DNA of 64,000 nucleotides. It comes from Minisyncoccota bacterium. Its GTDB lineage: Bacteria > Patescibacteriota > Minisyncoccia > Phycocordibacterales > JBAYGS01. Position 1 is the first letter of the stretch; the number at the start of each line of letters is the position of its first letter. A program made the translations under genes and the position numbers. The stretch spans positions 8,610-72,609 of the forward strand of contig JBAYGS010000004.1 in the NCBI GenBank assembly GCA_041666545.1. The letters are read 5' to 3'. Below the pieces are notes generated by a model that made no database searches, was not told the DNA's origin, and saw only the letters and a list, made by a program, of their open reading frames with translations. Below are positions 28,075 through 38,540 of the stretch, one piece after another.

Positions 28075-29223
28075 ATGGAGAAAGAGAAAAAAAGAATTTT
28101 AATATTTTCTGTCGCTTATTTGCCTTTTGTTGGCGGGGCGGAAGTAGCGGTTAAAGAACTTACGGATCGGCTGACCGATTGTTATTTCGATTTGGTCACG
28201 GTCAATTTGGATGGTCGACAAAAAAAGTTGGAAACAATCGGCCGGGTAAATGTTCATCGAGTTGGAATCAGTAAAATCTGCAAATACACTTTTCCAATTA
28301 GCGGCTTTTTAAAAGCTTGGTCTTTGCAAAAAAAGAATTCTTACGATGCGACCTGGGCGATTATGGCTAACTACGCCGGCTTGGCGGGACTATTTTTTAA
28401 ATATAAATTCCCTAAGATTCCTCTCGTCCTGACTTTGCAGGAAGGCGACCCTTTGCCACACGTCAAAAAGCGAATGCTCTTGCTTTACCCGCTTTTTAAA
28501 TCACTTTTCAGAAAAGCTGATAAAATTACCGCGATTTCAAACTATTTAGCGAACTGGGCAAGAGAGATGGGGGCGACTTCACCTGTCGCCGTTGTGTCCA
28601 ACGGTGTCGAGGTGAAGAAGTTTCAAGTTTCAAGTTTCAAGTTTCAAGTTGCAGAAAAAAGACATGAGCTCGGATTTAAAGAGGAAGATGTGGTCTTGGT
28701 GACGACTTCCAGACTAGTTAAAAAAAATGCAGTTGGGGATATTATTGAATCGCTCAGATTTTTGCCCGAGAATGTGAAGTTGCTTGTTGTGGGTTCCGGT
28801 CCTCTTTTTAAATCTCTTCAACTACTCACTACTCACTACTCACTACAAACTCGCATTAAATTCGTCGGTCATGTAGTGCCAGACAAAATTCGCGAATATT
28901 TGTGGGCATCAGACATTTTCATCCGCCCCTCTCTTTCCGAAGGCTTCGGCAATTCATTTATTGAAGCCATGGCCGCTGGCCTGCCAGTGATCGCTACGCC
29001 AGTTGGTGGTATTGTCGATTTTCTTAAAGATGGAGAGACCGGCTTATTTTGCAAAGTTAATGATTCGAAGAGTATTTCTGAAGCAGTATTGAGACTCGTT
29101 AACGATCCGGCATTAAAGAATAAAATCATTGAGAATGCTTCAAAAATGGTCACAGATAAATACGATTGGCATATTGTTGCCACAGAAATGCGATCAGAAG
29201 TGTTTAATCGTTTAATTAAATAA
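28075..29223 (+). CDS. Glycosyltransferase family 4
   Basis: GGAE and EGFGNSFIEAMAAGLPVI motifs. Confidence 0.92.
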   Translation: MEKEKKRILIFSVAYLPFVGGAEVAVKELTDRLTDCYFDLVTVNLDGRQKKLETIGRVNVHRVGISKICKYTFPISGFLKAWSLQKKNSYDATWAIMANYAGLAGLFFKYKFPKIPLVLTLQEGDPLPHVKKRMLLLYPLFKSLFRKADKITAISNYLANWAREMGATSPVAVVSNGVEVKKFQVSSFKFQVAEKRHELGFKEEDVVLVTTSRLVKKNAVGDIIESLRFLPENVKLLVVGSGPLFKSLQLLTTHYSLQTRIKFVGHVVPDKIREYLWASDIFIRPSLSEGFGNSFIEAMAAGLPVIATPVGGIVDFLKDGETGLFCKVNDSKSISEAVLRLVNDPALKNKIIENASKMVTDKYDWHIVATEMRSEVFNRLIK

Positions 29224-29305
29224 TCAAGGGTTTGACTTCCGATCATTTAAGAGTAGGATCTTGGATAGAAATGAGTCTTTTACATTCAAATGAGAAAGGC
29301 AACCA

Positions 29306-30187
29306 ATGAGAGATCTATCGACACGCGATTATCGGTTCGGATTTATAGAGCCGATCGGAGGAGTTTTGGGCGAAATACCGTTCATCCTTGTCCACAGAAG
29401 TGAGGAGATGCCGCCAATCGACAAGGTTTTTGTGCTGTACGTCAACTGTTACAGTCGGCATAGTTTGGTACAAAGCGATCTGGTGCTTGTCTGGCTTATG
29501 GAGGAAACTGGGATAGTGATCAAGTCGTACTGTAGGGCGGATGATCCCAGACTGAGAGCTCAATACAAAAACTGTTCTGAGTTTGCCGAAAAGGTCATGG
29601 CCATGTTGCTTTTGTCTGAAGAACGCGGACGGCCGTCTGAAATTTATCGTCGTACGGAAATCGGAGCTAAGCTGAAAAAAGACGAACTGCCTGGATATCT
29701 GAGGCCTATCATTGTCCGGGTGGAGGGATGGAAAGTCTTCTTTGGGCGTCCGGAGGTACGGCAGATTCGAGGTGGTTATTACGCCCGCATTTCGGAAGAT
29801 GGCTATTATGTTGCTCCAATCGGTCGAGCTTGGCTTAGGCTGGGTGAAAGGGTGCTCAAAGACGGTTTGCCATTTGATGAAGAGTATACCATTCTGGATG
29901 ATGAATTAGGATTTCATTTTGATCCCAATGATCAGTCGCCTATTGTTGTGAGTGATGCGATTTACTGGCAACTGGAGGGCTCCAGGGTTTTGGTTGTCTT
30001 GCCACATGCCTCAGCAAACGAAAAAGTTGCAACATACTACGGTTACCTTAAACAATTCAATGAGTTCAACGCCGCTGTCAATGAAGCGAGGGAAAGAATA
30101 AAGGTGGCAGCGAAGGCAAATGCGGCCAGAGAAGAGGAAGTGATCAATGCCCGGGCTCTGGATCTAAGAAAAGCTTTGCTTGAGTGA
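29306..30187 (+). CDS. Hypothetical orphan protein inserted in the GT cluster
   Basis: Own promoter (TTGACT..TAGGAT), GAAAGG, and a terminator at 30207-30239. Confidence 0.65.
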   Translation: MRDLSTRDYRFGFIEPIGGVLGEIPFILVHRSEEMPPIDKVFVLYVNCYSRHSLVQSDLVLVWLMEETGIVIKSYCRADDPRLRAQYKNCSEFAEKVMAMLLLSEERGRPSEIYRRTEIGAKLKKDELPGYLRPIIVRVEGWKVFFGRPEVRQIRGGYYARISEDGYYVAPIGRAWLRLGERVLKDGLPFDEEYTILDDELGFHFDPNDQSPIVVSDAIYWQLEGSRVLVVLPHASANEKVATYYGYLKQFNEFNAAVNEARERIKVAAKANAAREEEVINARALDLRKALLE

Positions 30188-30278
30188 ATTGATCAATGTT
30201 CGTTCAGCCGGAGGTACAGAAGTGTGCCTCCGGTTTTTTATGTTCTATATTTAGGCCTAAATGTGTTATAAATAAGCT

Positions 30279-31286
30279 GTGAAAATAGTCATTACCACCG
30301 GAATCTATCCACCAGCTATCGGAGGGCCGGCGCAATATGCCAAGAATTTGGCGGAGACTTTTCGTGCCAAAGGTCATGCAGTTAAGGTTTTGACTTACCG
30401 GCTTGAAAAATATCTGCCGACTGGGGTTAGGCACTTCTGGTTTTATTTGAGGTGTCTATTTGGTTTTGCCGGAGTGGATTTGATTATTACTCTCGATACT
30501 TTTAGCGTTGGTTGGCCATCGGTTTGTGCCGCCAAGCACTTGAATAAAAAAATTATTATCCGGACCGGCGGTGATTTTCTCTGGGAAGGTTATGTGGAAA
30601 GAACAGGGGATTTGGTTTTGCTCCGTGAGTTTTATCAAACTCGAATGGGCAAGCTATCTTTTAAGGAAAGGCAGATTTTTAGAATTACTAAAGATATTTT
30701 AGCCAAGGCCGACAAAATCGCTTTCAATACTTATTGGCAGAGAGTCATTTGGGCCGCGCCTTATGGTTTGGATTTGGACAAGACGACGGTTGTCGAAAAT
30801 TTTTATGGCCCAAAAGAGGAGTCAAATTATGAAAATTTTCCGGCCCGGAAGGTTTTGGTTGGTGGTACGAGGCAATTGAAATGGAAAAATCTGGCGGTTT
30901 TGAGGCGCGCTTTTGCTCTGGCGAAAGCGCGCCTGCCGGATTTAGAGCTTGATCTTATGACTGCCGATTATGATGCCTTCCAGGACAAAATTCGTCATTC
31001 GTACGCTGTGATTCTGGTCTCTTTGGGCGATATCGGTCCCAACTTGATTATGGACGCGATTCGTCTCAATAAGCCTTTTATCTGCACGAAAGAAACCGGT
31101 CTTTATGATAAAATTAAGGATATCGGCCTTTTTGTTAATCCGCAGAATGAAAACGAAATTGCCGAGCAGATAATTTTTCTGTCCCAAAAGGTAAATTACG
31201 AGGCGGCCATTTCTCGGCTCCAAGCTTTCGATTTTATTCATACTTGGGAGGAAATTGCTGAGGAGTTTTTAAATCTTGCCCAATGA
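30279..31286 (+). CDS. Glycosyltransferase family 4-like
   Basis: YPPAIGGP N-terminus; divergent DIGPNLIMDA motif. Confidence 0.8.
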   Translation: MKIVITTGIYPPAIGGPAQYAKNLAETFRAKGHAVKVLTYRLEKYLPTGVRHFWFYLRCLFGFAGVDLIITLDTFSVGWPSVCAAKHLNKKIIIRTGGDFLWEGYVERTGDLVLLREFYQTRMGKLSFKERQIFRITKDILAKADKIAFNTYWQRVIWAAPYGLDLDKTTVVENFYGPKEESNYENFPARKVLVGGTRQLKWKNLAVLRRAFALAKARLPDLELDLMTADYDAFQDKIRHSYAVILVSLGDIGPNLIMDAIRLNKPFICTKETGLYDKIKDIGLFVNPQNENEIAEQIIFLSQKVNYEAAISRLQAFDFIHTWEEIAEEFLNLAQ

Positions 31287-32431
31287 CCAGAGTCTTGATG
31301 ATTTCAACCGACCGAAAAATATTTGATAACAATTCTCTGGTGCGCGAGAGGATGATTGAGTATGGCTCGATTTTTGATGAATTAAATATTGTGGTTTTGA
31401 CCAAGAGGGGTGAGGCGATTGGGCAGTTGCCGGTTCACCTCTCACCCAAAGTCAGAGTTTTCGCCACCGAATCGGCCGGTAGGCTCTCGGCCATCAAGGA
31501 TGCTTTTAAAGTTGGGATGCAAATTCTCGATTCTGCCACCGATTTAAATTTTTGGGTGATTACCACTCAAGATCCTTTTGAGACTGGTCTCGTTGGCCGC
31601 AAGCTTAAAAGAGTTTTTAAATTGCCATTACAAATTCAGGTTCATACCGACCTTTTAAATATTCACTTTGCTCACGATCCGCTGAACAATCTCCGTTTTA
31701 TTGTTGCTCGGCAAGTTTTGAAATCGGCCGACAGTCTCAGGGTGGTTTCAGAGAGAATCAAGCGGTCTTTGGTCAATGATTATCGCTTTGCCATTCCGGC
31801 CGAGAAAATTTCGGTTTTGCCGATTTTTATTGATTTGGAGAAAATCAGAAGTCTGCCGGTCTCGGTAGATTTGCACAAAAAGTATCCACAATTCGGCAAA
31901 ATTGTCTTAATCGCTTCTCGTCTGACCAAAGAAAAAAATTTGTTTTTTGCTCTCAAGGTTTTCAGAAGGCTTTTGAAAGAAACACCGGAGGCGGGTTTGG
32001 TGATTGTCGGTGATGGGCCAAAGAGATTGAAATTGGAAAAGAAGGCCAAGAGTTGGGGAATCGCCGACCGAGTTAAGTTTGAGGGTTGGCAAGATAATTT
32101 GGTCTCTTATTACAAGACTGCCGATACTTTTCTGAGCACTTCGTTTTACGAAGGCTTTGGCTTAACCATTGTCGAAGCAATTGCTCTCGGCTTGCCGGTT
32201 GTCTCTTCCAATGTTGGCATCGCTTCGCAAGCCTTAACCAGTGTGAATGGTTCGGTTTGCGAGTATCCGGACATCGATTGTTTTGTCCATCGACTCTGGC
32301 ACTTTTTGGCCGAAGGTCGGTTTGAGCCGGGGAGCGGTGATATCAATTTTTCCCAGATTATGACCACTGACAAGGCCGATTATCTTCGCAAGTACCAGCA
32401 AGCTATCGAGATTATTGCTCGCGCACGTTAA
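31283..32431 (+). CDS. Glycosyltransferase family 4
   Basis: SRLTKEK and EGFGLTIVEA motifs. Confidence 0.9.
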   Translation: MTRVLMISTDRKIFDNNSLVRERMIEYGSIFDELNIVVLTKRGEAIGQLPVHLSPKVRVFATESAGRLSAIKDAFKVGMQILDSATDLNFWVITTQDPFETGLVGRKLKRVFKLPLQIQVHTDLLNIHFAHDPLNNLRFIVARQVLKSADSLRVVSERIKRSLVNDYRFAIPAEKISVLPIFIDLEKIRSLPVSVDLHKKYPQFGKIVLIASRLTKEKNLFFALKVFRRLLKETPEAGLVIVGDGPKRLKLEKKAKSWGIADRVKFEGWQDNLVSYYKTADTFLSTSFYEGFGLTIVEAIALGLPVVSSNVGIASQALTSVNGSVCEYPDIDCFVHRLWHFLAEGRFEPGSGDINFSQIMTTDKADYLRKYQQAIEIIARAR

Positions 32432-32465
32432 TTAAAATCATCCGCGGTTTTCCCGGATTTGAAAA

Positions 32466-33497
32466 ATGAAAATTTTATTTATAACTCAAAAGGTTGATAA
32501 GAATGACGCCGTGCTCGGGTTTATCCACGGTTGGCTTTTGGCTTTGTCGAAACAGTTTGCCGAGCTCCAAGTGATTTGTCTTGAGAGGGGTGAAGTCAAT
32601 TTGCCGGCGAACGTAAAAATTTTCTCTCTGGGCAAGGAGAGTGGCCGATCACGGCTCAAGTACATCTCTAATTTTTATCGAACAGCTTTCGGCCGCCAGG
32701 CCGATTATGAGGCTGTTTTTGTCCATATGAACCCCGAGTATGTCATTCTGGGCGGCTTATTCTGGCGTTTTAAGGGTAAAAAGGTGGTTATGTGGTACAA
32801 CCACACCTACGGCGATTGGCGGGCCAAATTAGCCATGTTTTTGGCCAATATTCTTTGTCACACTTCACCCTACGCCTTTACGGCCAAGACTAAAAAATCA
32901 GTTCGGATGCCGGCAGGGATTGATACGGGAATTTTCCAGCCGACTGGTGTAGATAAAAAGAAAAACTCAATTTTATATTTGGGCCGGATCTCGCCAATTA
33001 AAGATCTCGGCACTTTGCTTGAAGCTGTGAAGATTTTGGATCAAAACAGTTTCCCTTTTGTTTTGGATGTTTACGGCGAGGCCTTGGTGGGGGATCTTGG
33101 CTATTTGAAGCAACTACAACAAAAATTTGAGAGTTTAATCCGAGCGGGCAAAATCGATTTTTTTGGTTCTGTTGCCAATTTCAAAACCCCGGAAATTTTT
33201 TCTAGTCATGAGGTTTCGGTCAACCTGACTCCCGCCGGCAATTATGATAAAACGGTATTGGAGACCATGGCTTGCGGATCTCTGCCACTGGTTTCTTCGC
33301 CGGCTTTTAAAGATGCCCTGCCAACGGAATTCTTTTTCAAAGAAAAGGATCCGGTTTCCTTGGCTGAGACACTCAAACGAGTTTTATTTTTCGATCAGGA
33401 TAAGAAAAATTCTCTCGCCGTGGATTTACGAAAATATGCTGTTGCCAATCATGGTTTGGATAAATTAGTATCTGCCATTACAAAACTCTATGAATAA
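32466..33497 (+). CDS. Glycosyltransferase family 4
   Basis: GRISPIK and DKTVLETMACG motifs. Confidence 0.88.
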   Translation: MKILFITQKVDKNDAVLGFIHGWLLALSKQFAELQVICLERGEVNLPANVKIFSLGKESGRSRLKYISNFYRTAFGRQADYEAVFVHMNPEYVILGGLFWRFKGKKVVMWYNHTYGDWRAKLAMFLANILCHTSPYAFTAKTKKSVRMPAGIDTGIFQPTGVDKKKNSILYLGRISPIKDLGTLLEAVKILDQNSFPFVLDVYGEALVGDLGYLKQLQQKFESLIRAGKIDFFGSVANFKTPEIFSSHEVSVNLTPAGNYDKTVLETMACGSLPLVSSPAFKDALPTEFFFKEKDPVSLAETLKRVLFFDQDKKNSLAVDLRKYAVANHGLDKLVSAITKLYE

Positions 33498-34635
33498 AAA
33501 AATTTATTACATTGCCCACTGCCGTTTCCCGTCTGAAAGGGCTCATGCGATCCAAGTTGCGAAAATGATTGAAGCCATGAGCCTTAATGGTTTTGAAGTT
33601 GAGCTGATTGTGCCGGATCGGGAGAATGCCATTTCGCAAAGCCCGAAGAATTTCTACGGTCTCCAGACCGATATTTTGGTTAAGTATCTGAAAATTTGTG
33701 ATCTCTATCGTTTCGGCAAACTTGGTTATCGGTTAAGTGGCCTGTCATTTATTCTGGCCTACCGTCGATTTATTAAGGAAAGGCAAAAGGCCGGAGAAAA
33801 GTTCTTGCTCTACACTATCGACATGGATCAGTTCTCGCTCATCGGTGTCAGTTTTTTGCACACGCCTTTTGTGGTTGAGGTCCACGATGCCAAAAAATAC
33901 AGCTGGATTTTTAATCGAATGTTTAAAAGAGCCACCGCTATTTTGACGATTAATAATTTGATTAAAAACGAGATTGTGAAAACTTTTTCTCTGTCGTCTG
34001 AGAAGGTTTTGGTTCAACCGAACGGTATCGACCTCCAAATGTTTTCCAAACCGGCCGATAAGGCGGCTTGGCGGGGGAAGTGGAGTATTCTTCTTAATCG
34101 GCCATTCGTACTTTATGTCGGCAAATGTTATGACTGGAAGGGTTTGGAAATATTCGATCAGGCCCTGAAGGCTTTGCCGGAAATTAATTTTGGTTTCGTT
34201 GGTTGTAGTAAAGGCGAGGTTGAAAAGATGACCGGCCAGAAATATGATTTGCCGAACGTTTTATTTTTCAGTCAGCGGCCGTATACCGAGATGGTTGATT
34301 GGATGAGGAGTGCGGACATTCTGCTTGTTATCGGCACCAAGAAGAATGAGTATTCTTACTATCACACTTCGCCAATGAAATTGTTCGAGTATTTGGCGAC
34401 CGGAGTGCCGATTTTGGTTGCCGATACCCCGGCCATCAAAGATATGGTGAGCGAAAAGGAAGTCTTTTTCTATCAGGCTGATAATTCCGAAAGTTTCGTC
34501 TCGTCGATTCGAAAAATTATCAGTGATCAAAAAACTGCCGGTTTAAGATCGGCCGAGGCTTTAAATTTGGCCGGTAAATTGTCTTGGTCAAGCCGAGTTT
34601 TGCTGGTGCTTAATTTTGTGAAGAATAAGTTATGA
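33490..34635 (+). CDS. Glycosyltransferase family 4
   Basis: PNGID and SPMKLFEYLATG motifs. Confidence 0.9.
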   Translation: MNKKIYYIAHCRFPSERAHAIQVAKMIEAMSLNGFEVELIVPDRENAISQSPKNFYGLQTDILVKYLKICDLYRFGKLGYRLSGLSFILAYRRFIKERQKAGEKFLLYTIDMDQFSLIGVSFLHTPFVVEVHDAKKYSWIFNRMFKRATAILTINNLIKNEIVKTFSLSSEKVLVQPNGIDLQMFSKPADKAAWRGKWSILLNRPFVLYVGKCYDWKGLEIFDQALKALPEINFGFVGCSKGEVEKMTGQKYDLPNVLFFSQRPYTEMVDWMRSADILLVIGTKKNEYSYYHTSPMKLFEYLATGVPILVADTPAIKDMVSEKEVFFYQADNSESFVSSIRKIISDQKTAGLRSAEALNLAGKLSWSSRVLLVLNFVKNKL

Positions 34636-35705
34636 AAATTGGCATAGTCCTCCATCCATTTGATGAGAAGAGGCCTGCCGGACTTGGCCGGTATATTTTT
34701 GAGCTGACCAAGGAAATTATCGAGAGAGATCCGGAAAGTCAATTTATTATTTATCTAAAACAAACGCCGAAGGAAAAATTGAATATTGGAAGCAATAATT
34801 GGCAAACGGTGGTTCTTGGCGACGGTTATTTCTGGCTCGAAGGCTTAGCCGGAACCCCGAAGGCCGATCTTTATATTTTTAATACTCCGATTATGCCTTT
34901 TTTCTTCCGGCCGAAGCGGTCTCTGGTGATCGCTCTCGACTTTGCTTATCTTGATTTTGCTTCGTTTTGGCAGTGGCCAAAGATGTGGCCTTTAAAACTG
35001 TATCATCGTTTCTCTCTGAGGCGGGCGACCAAAATTATAGCGATTTCTGAAACTACCAAACAAGAGGTGATGACTCGTTTTGGAATTGACCGGAATAAAA
35101 TCGAGGTCATTTATCCGGGTTTTAACCCAATCTGTAATTTGCCGTCCCAAGCGGTAGCGACGCCGGAAAAATATTTTCTTTATGTCGGTGTGATCAAGGC
35201 CCGAAAAAATCTTTTGAGGGTTGTTGAGGCCTTTGCACTTTTTTTGAAAGACTTTCCGAAGTATCAACTGCTGATAGTTGGGAAGGGACAAGGGAGGTAT
35301 TACGACCGGGTTAAAAGCCTGATCATAAAAAGCGGGATTTCTGAACAAGTTAAATTTGTCGGCTATGTCTCAGATCAGGAATTATCATCTCTTTATCAAA
35401 AAGCTGAGGCTCTGGTCTTTCCCAGTCTGGCTGAAGGTTTCGGTTTTCCGGTTTTGGAGGCCATGGCTTGCGGTCTGCCGGTCATTACTTCCAATCAAAC
35501 TTCGACCAAAGAAATTGGGGAAGCGGGCTCGGCTTGCCTCGTCGATCCTAAAAATTCGAAGGAAATTAGCGGGGCGATGGTTAAAATTGCTTCCAATCAG
35601 GATTTTCGCCGGCTACTGGTTGAAAATGGCCAAAAGCGGTCACAAGAATTTTCTTGGCGAAAATGCGCGGAACAATTTATCAAGCTTATTAATGATTTAA
35701 AATGA
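34632..35705 (+). CDS. Glycosyltransferase family 4 (mannosyltransferase-like)
   Basis: RKNL and FPSLAEGFGFPVLEAMACG motifs. Confidence 0.92.
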   Translation: MKIGIVLHPFDEKRPAGLGRYIFELTKEIIERDPESQFIIYLKQTPKEKLNIGSNNWQTVVLGDGYFWLEGLAGTPKADLYIFNTPIMPFFFRPKRSLVIALDFAYLDFASFWQWPKMWPLKLYHRFSLRRATKIIAISETTKQEVMTRFGIDRNKIEVIYPGFNPICNLPSQAVATPEKYFLYVGVIKARKNLLRVVEAFALFLKDFPKYQLLIVGKGQGRYYDRVKSLIIKSGISEQVKFVGYVSDQELSSLYQKAEALVFPSLAEGFGFPVLEAMACGLPVITSNQTSTKEIGEAGSACLVDPKNSKEISGAMVKIASNQDFRRLLVENGQKRSQEFSWRKCAEQFIKLINDLK

Positions 35706-36799
35706 AAATTGGCTTTTTGGCTCACAATTTAGGTCATGACAATGGTGCCGGAGTTTTTGCCAATCGCATTGTCGAAGGGGTTAAAAAAGCCGGTTTTGAG
35801 GTTGTGGTTTTAACCTCGATTGCTTCCGGCAAAACTTACGAGAAGGCTCTGATTTCTCCGAACCGTTTCCAACTGCTTAGAAATTTTTTAAAAATTCGAT
35901 GTGAGCTCGAGGATTGTGACCTGATTCACGCACTCGATCTCTTTCCATATGGTTTTGTCGCTTTTTTCTGCTCACTGGGTTTGCATAAGAAGATGGTTCT
36001 GACTTTGGTTGGCAGTGGCTCGATTATCCCGCTTTATAATTTTTGGCAAAAGTGGCCGGCGCAGCTGGTAATTAAAAAGGCTCGGCACTTAACGGCGATC
36101 AGCAGTTTTGTGGCCAAGGAAGTTTTGAAAAAATTACCCGCCAAACTCGATGTCTCCGTGATTACACCGGGAATCGATTTTGCCAAATTTCAAAATCCTA
36201 AGCCGGAACTGGTGGCGAAATTTTCCGGTCTCTATTCACCCTATCTCATCGGTGTAGGATCATTACGCTGGCGCAAGGGGTACAAGTACACCATCTCGGG
36301 CTTCGCTAAGTTGGCTAAGCAGTTGCCGACCTTGAAGTATGTGATAGTCGGGAAGAAGTACAGCGACAAGCAATACAATAAGATCGTCGATTTGATCCGA
36401 GAATTGAATCTGGAGAATAGGGTAGTATTGCTTACCGATGTCGACGATTTGGAAGTGCTCAAAGCTTTGTATGCCGGAGCCGAGGTGTTCGGCCTGCTTT
36501 CTCAGAATATTGGTCACGATGTTGAAGGTTTTGGCATGGTATTTTTGGAGGCGGCGGCGCTAGGTTTGCCGATTGTGGGCAGTAAGGATTGCGGGGTTGA
36601 GGAGGCCTCACTTAGCGGTCAGAATGGATATTTGGTAGACTCCACAGATGTCGACGGGTTTGTCTTCGCGGTTGGAAAGATAATCGCTAGTCCGAATTTA
36701 AGGCGGGCGATGTCAGAGAAGTCGGTCGAGTTTGCAAAGAGTCAAGGTTGGGATGATAAAATTAAGGCCTATTTGAAGATTTATGAATCAATCATTTAA
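35702..36799 (+). CDS. Glycosyltransferase family 4
   Basis: RKG and EGFGMVFLEAAALG motifs. Confidence 0.9.
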   Translation: MKIGFLAHNLGHDNGAGVFANRIVEGVKKAGFEVVVLTSIASGKTYEKALISPNRFQLLRNFLKIRCELEDCDLIHALDLFPYGFVAFFCSLGLHKKMVLTLVGSGSIIPLYNFWQKWPAQLVIKKARHLTAISSFVAKEVLKKLPAKLDVSVITPGIDFAKFQNPKPELVAKFSGLYSPYLIGVGSLRWRKGYKYTISGFAKLAKQLPTLKYVIVGKKYSDKQYNKIVDLIRELNLENRVVLLTDVDDLEVLKALYAGAEVFGLLSQNIGHDVEGFGMVFLEAAALGLPIVGSKDCGVEEASLSGQNGYLVDSTDVDGFVFAVGKIIASPNLRRAMSEKSVEFAKSQGWDDKIKAYLKIYESII

Positions 36800-37334
36800 A
36801 AGACTTAATCTTGGTTGTGGCCACGACATTAAATCGGGTTGGATCAACGTTGACTCGATAAATTTGCCAGGCGTTGATATCGTTCATGATTTAAACCAAC
36901 TGCCACTGCCTTTTAAAAACAATCAATTTGAAGAGATCCTTTGTCAGGATGTTTTGGAGCATTTGGAGTATATTCCGGTCTTGAAGGAGATTCATCGGAT
37001 TTTAGATGTGGGCGGCCAAATTAAGATTCGAGTTCCGCACTTCACTTCTCGGGTCAATTTTATGGATCCGACTCACAAGAAAATGTTTTCGATCAGAACT
37101 TTTGATTTTTTTACCAAAACTTCTTTCAAAAATCGAGCCTACTATTTCGATTTTCATTTTACTAAAGTTGTCGAAGCTAAAATTATTTTCGAACATAGCT
37201 TGAAGTGGTTTGCTTTCAATCACTTGGTAAGTTTCTTGGTCAATCACAGTCGGAAAGCTCAGGACTGGTATGAAGCTACCGGCTTCTCCAGACTTTTTCC
37301 GGCCCAAAACATCATTGTCACACTGCTAAAATGA
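36783..37334 (+). CDS. SAM-dependent methyltransferase (type 11)
   Basis: LNLGCG, VLEHL and DPTH motifs. Confidence 0.88.
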   Translation: MNQSFKRLNLGCGHDIKSGWINVDSINLPGVDIVHDLNQLPLPFKNNQFEEILCQDVLEHLEYIPVLKEIHRILDVGGQIKIRVPHFTSRVNFMDPTHKKMFSIRTFDFFTKTSFKNRAYYFDFHFTKVVEAKIIFEHSLKWFAFNHLVSFLVNHSRKAQDWYEATGFSRLFPAQNIIVTLLK

Positions 37335-38521
37335 AAATTGCGATTATTGTCAGGCGATTAAATGTGCGAGGTGGCACTCAACGGCAGGCCATTGAGTTGG
37401 CTCTGCGCCTGCAAAGTTCCGGCAATTCAGTGACTCTGTACACTTTTAAATATGAGCCGAAAATTTGTTTTGTGAGCGCTCTTCACAATCTCAAGGTGAT
37501 TGAACTTAAAACTGAAAGCCGTCAGCCGGCTGGTTATTTAAAAAATCTCTGCTTGGAACAGAAAAAGGCCAAAGAATTGGCCAAGTTGATTGATCAAGAT
37601 ACCGAAATTTTGAATCCGCACGATCAGTTGAGTTATAAAGTGGCCTATTACTTTAAGAAGCAAGTCAAAAATATTCCCTCAATCTGGATGATGAATGATA
37701 TGCCGACCAAGTGGCCGTCATTTCTTAGGGAGAGGGAGGTAAATCCGAATTTGAAAATCGGTTTACTTAAACACCTGGCCTACAAACTTTTTGACTATTA
37801 TGATACGCACAAATTTATCAAAGCCCAGAATAGGATTGTAGTGCTCGACAATCGCGATCGAGATTGGGTCCGCCAATTTTTTGGCCAAACGGCGGAAGTG
37901 GTGAGGAGTGGTTTGGATATTAGCGGCTTTATTTTCAAAGCTCGAACGGTCGTTCGTGGCGAACAGATTAAAATTCTGACGACCAGTATCTTTTTTCCTC
38001 ATCGTCGCTTTGAAGACACGATTGAGGCAATTTCGATTTTGAAGTCTAAAGGTTTTAATTTAAAATTTCAGATTGTCGGTGATTTTGATTCTGATAAAGT
38101 TTACGCTGACTTTACCAGACGACGAATCGTGGAACTCGGCCTTGAGCACGAGGTTGAAATTATGGGCCGAGTCAGTGATGAAGAGCTTAGGTTCTTGTAC
38201 CAGAGCGCCCACCTGTTTGCTTTTGTGAGTCACATGCAAAGCTGGGGTTTGGCGGTTTTTGAAGCGATGGCTACGGGTTTGCCCATTATCGTTTCCGAAA
38301 CTACCGGGGCGGCTGAAGTCTTGATCGATAAAAAGCGGGCGCTTTTCGTGCCGCCAAAGTCACCAAAAGCGATTGCCGGGGCGATTGAGCTTTTAGTCGG
38401 CGATCCGAAGCTTTATCACGACTTGGCGTCTAATGGCCGGCAATTTGTCGAACAGAATATTTCTTGGGAAAAGTACACGGCCAAAATGCTCGAGATTTTT
38501 CGTAGTGAGCTTAAGCGTTAA
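37331..38521 (+). CDS. Glycosyltransferase family 4
   Basis: GGTQ and QSWGLAVFEAMATG motifs. Confidence 0.88.
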   Translation: MKIAIIVRRLNVRGGTQRQAIELALRLQSSGNSVTLYTFKYEPKICFVSALHNLKVIELKTESRQPAGYLKNLCLEQKKAKELAKLIDQDTEILNPHDQLSYKVAYYFKKQVKNIPSIWMMNDMPTKWPSFLREREVNPNLKIGLLKHLAYKLFDYYDTHKFIKAQNRIVVLDNRDRDWVRQFFGQTAEVVRSGLDISGFIFKARTVVRGEQIKILTTSIFFPHRRFEDTIEAISILKSKGFNLKFQIVGDFDSDKVYADFTRRRIVELGLEHEVEIMGRVSDEELRFLYQSAHLFAFVSHMQSWGLAVFEAMATGLPIIVSETTGAAEVLIDKKRALFVPPKSPKAIAGAIELLVGDPKLYHDLASNGRQFVEQNISWEKYTAKMLEIFRSELKR

Positions 38522-38540
38522 ATGGTTATAATGTTTTAAT

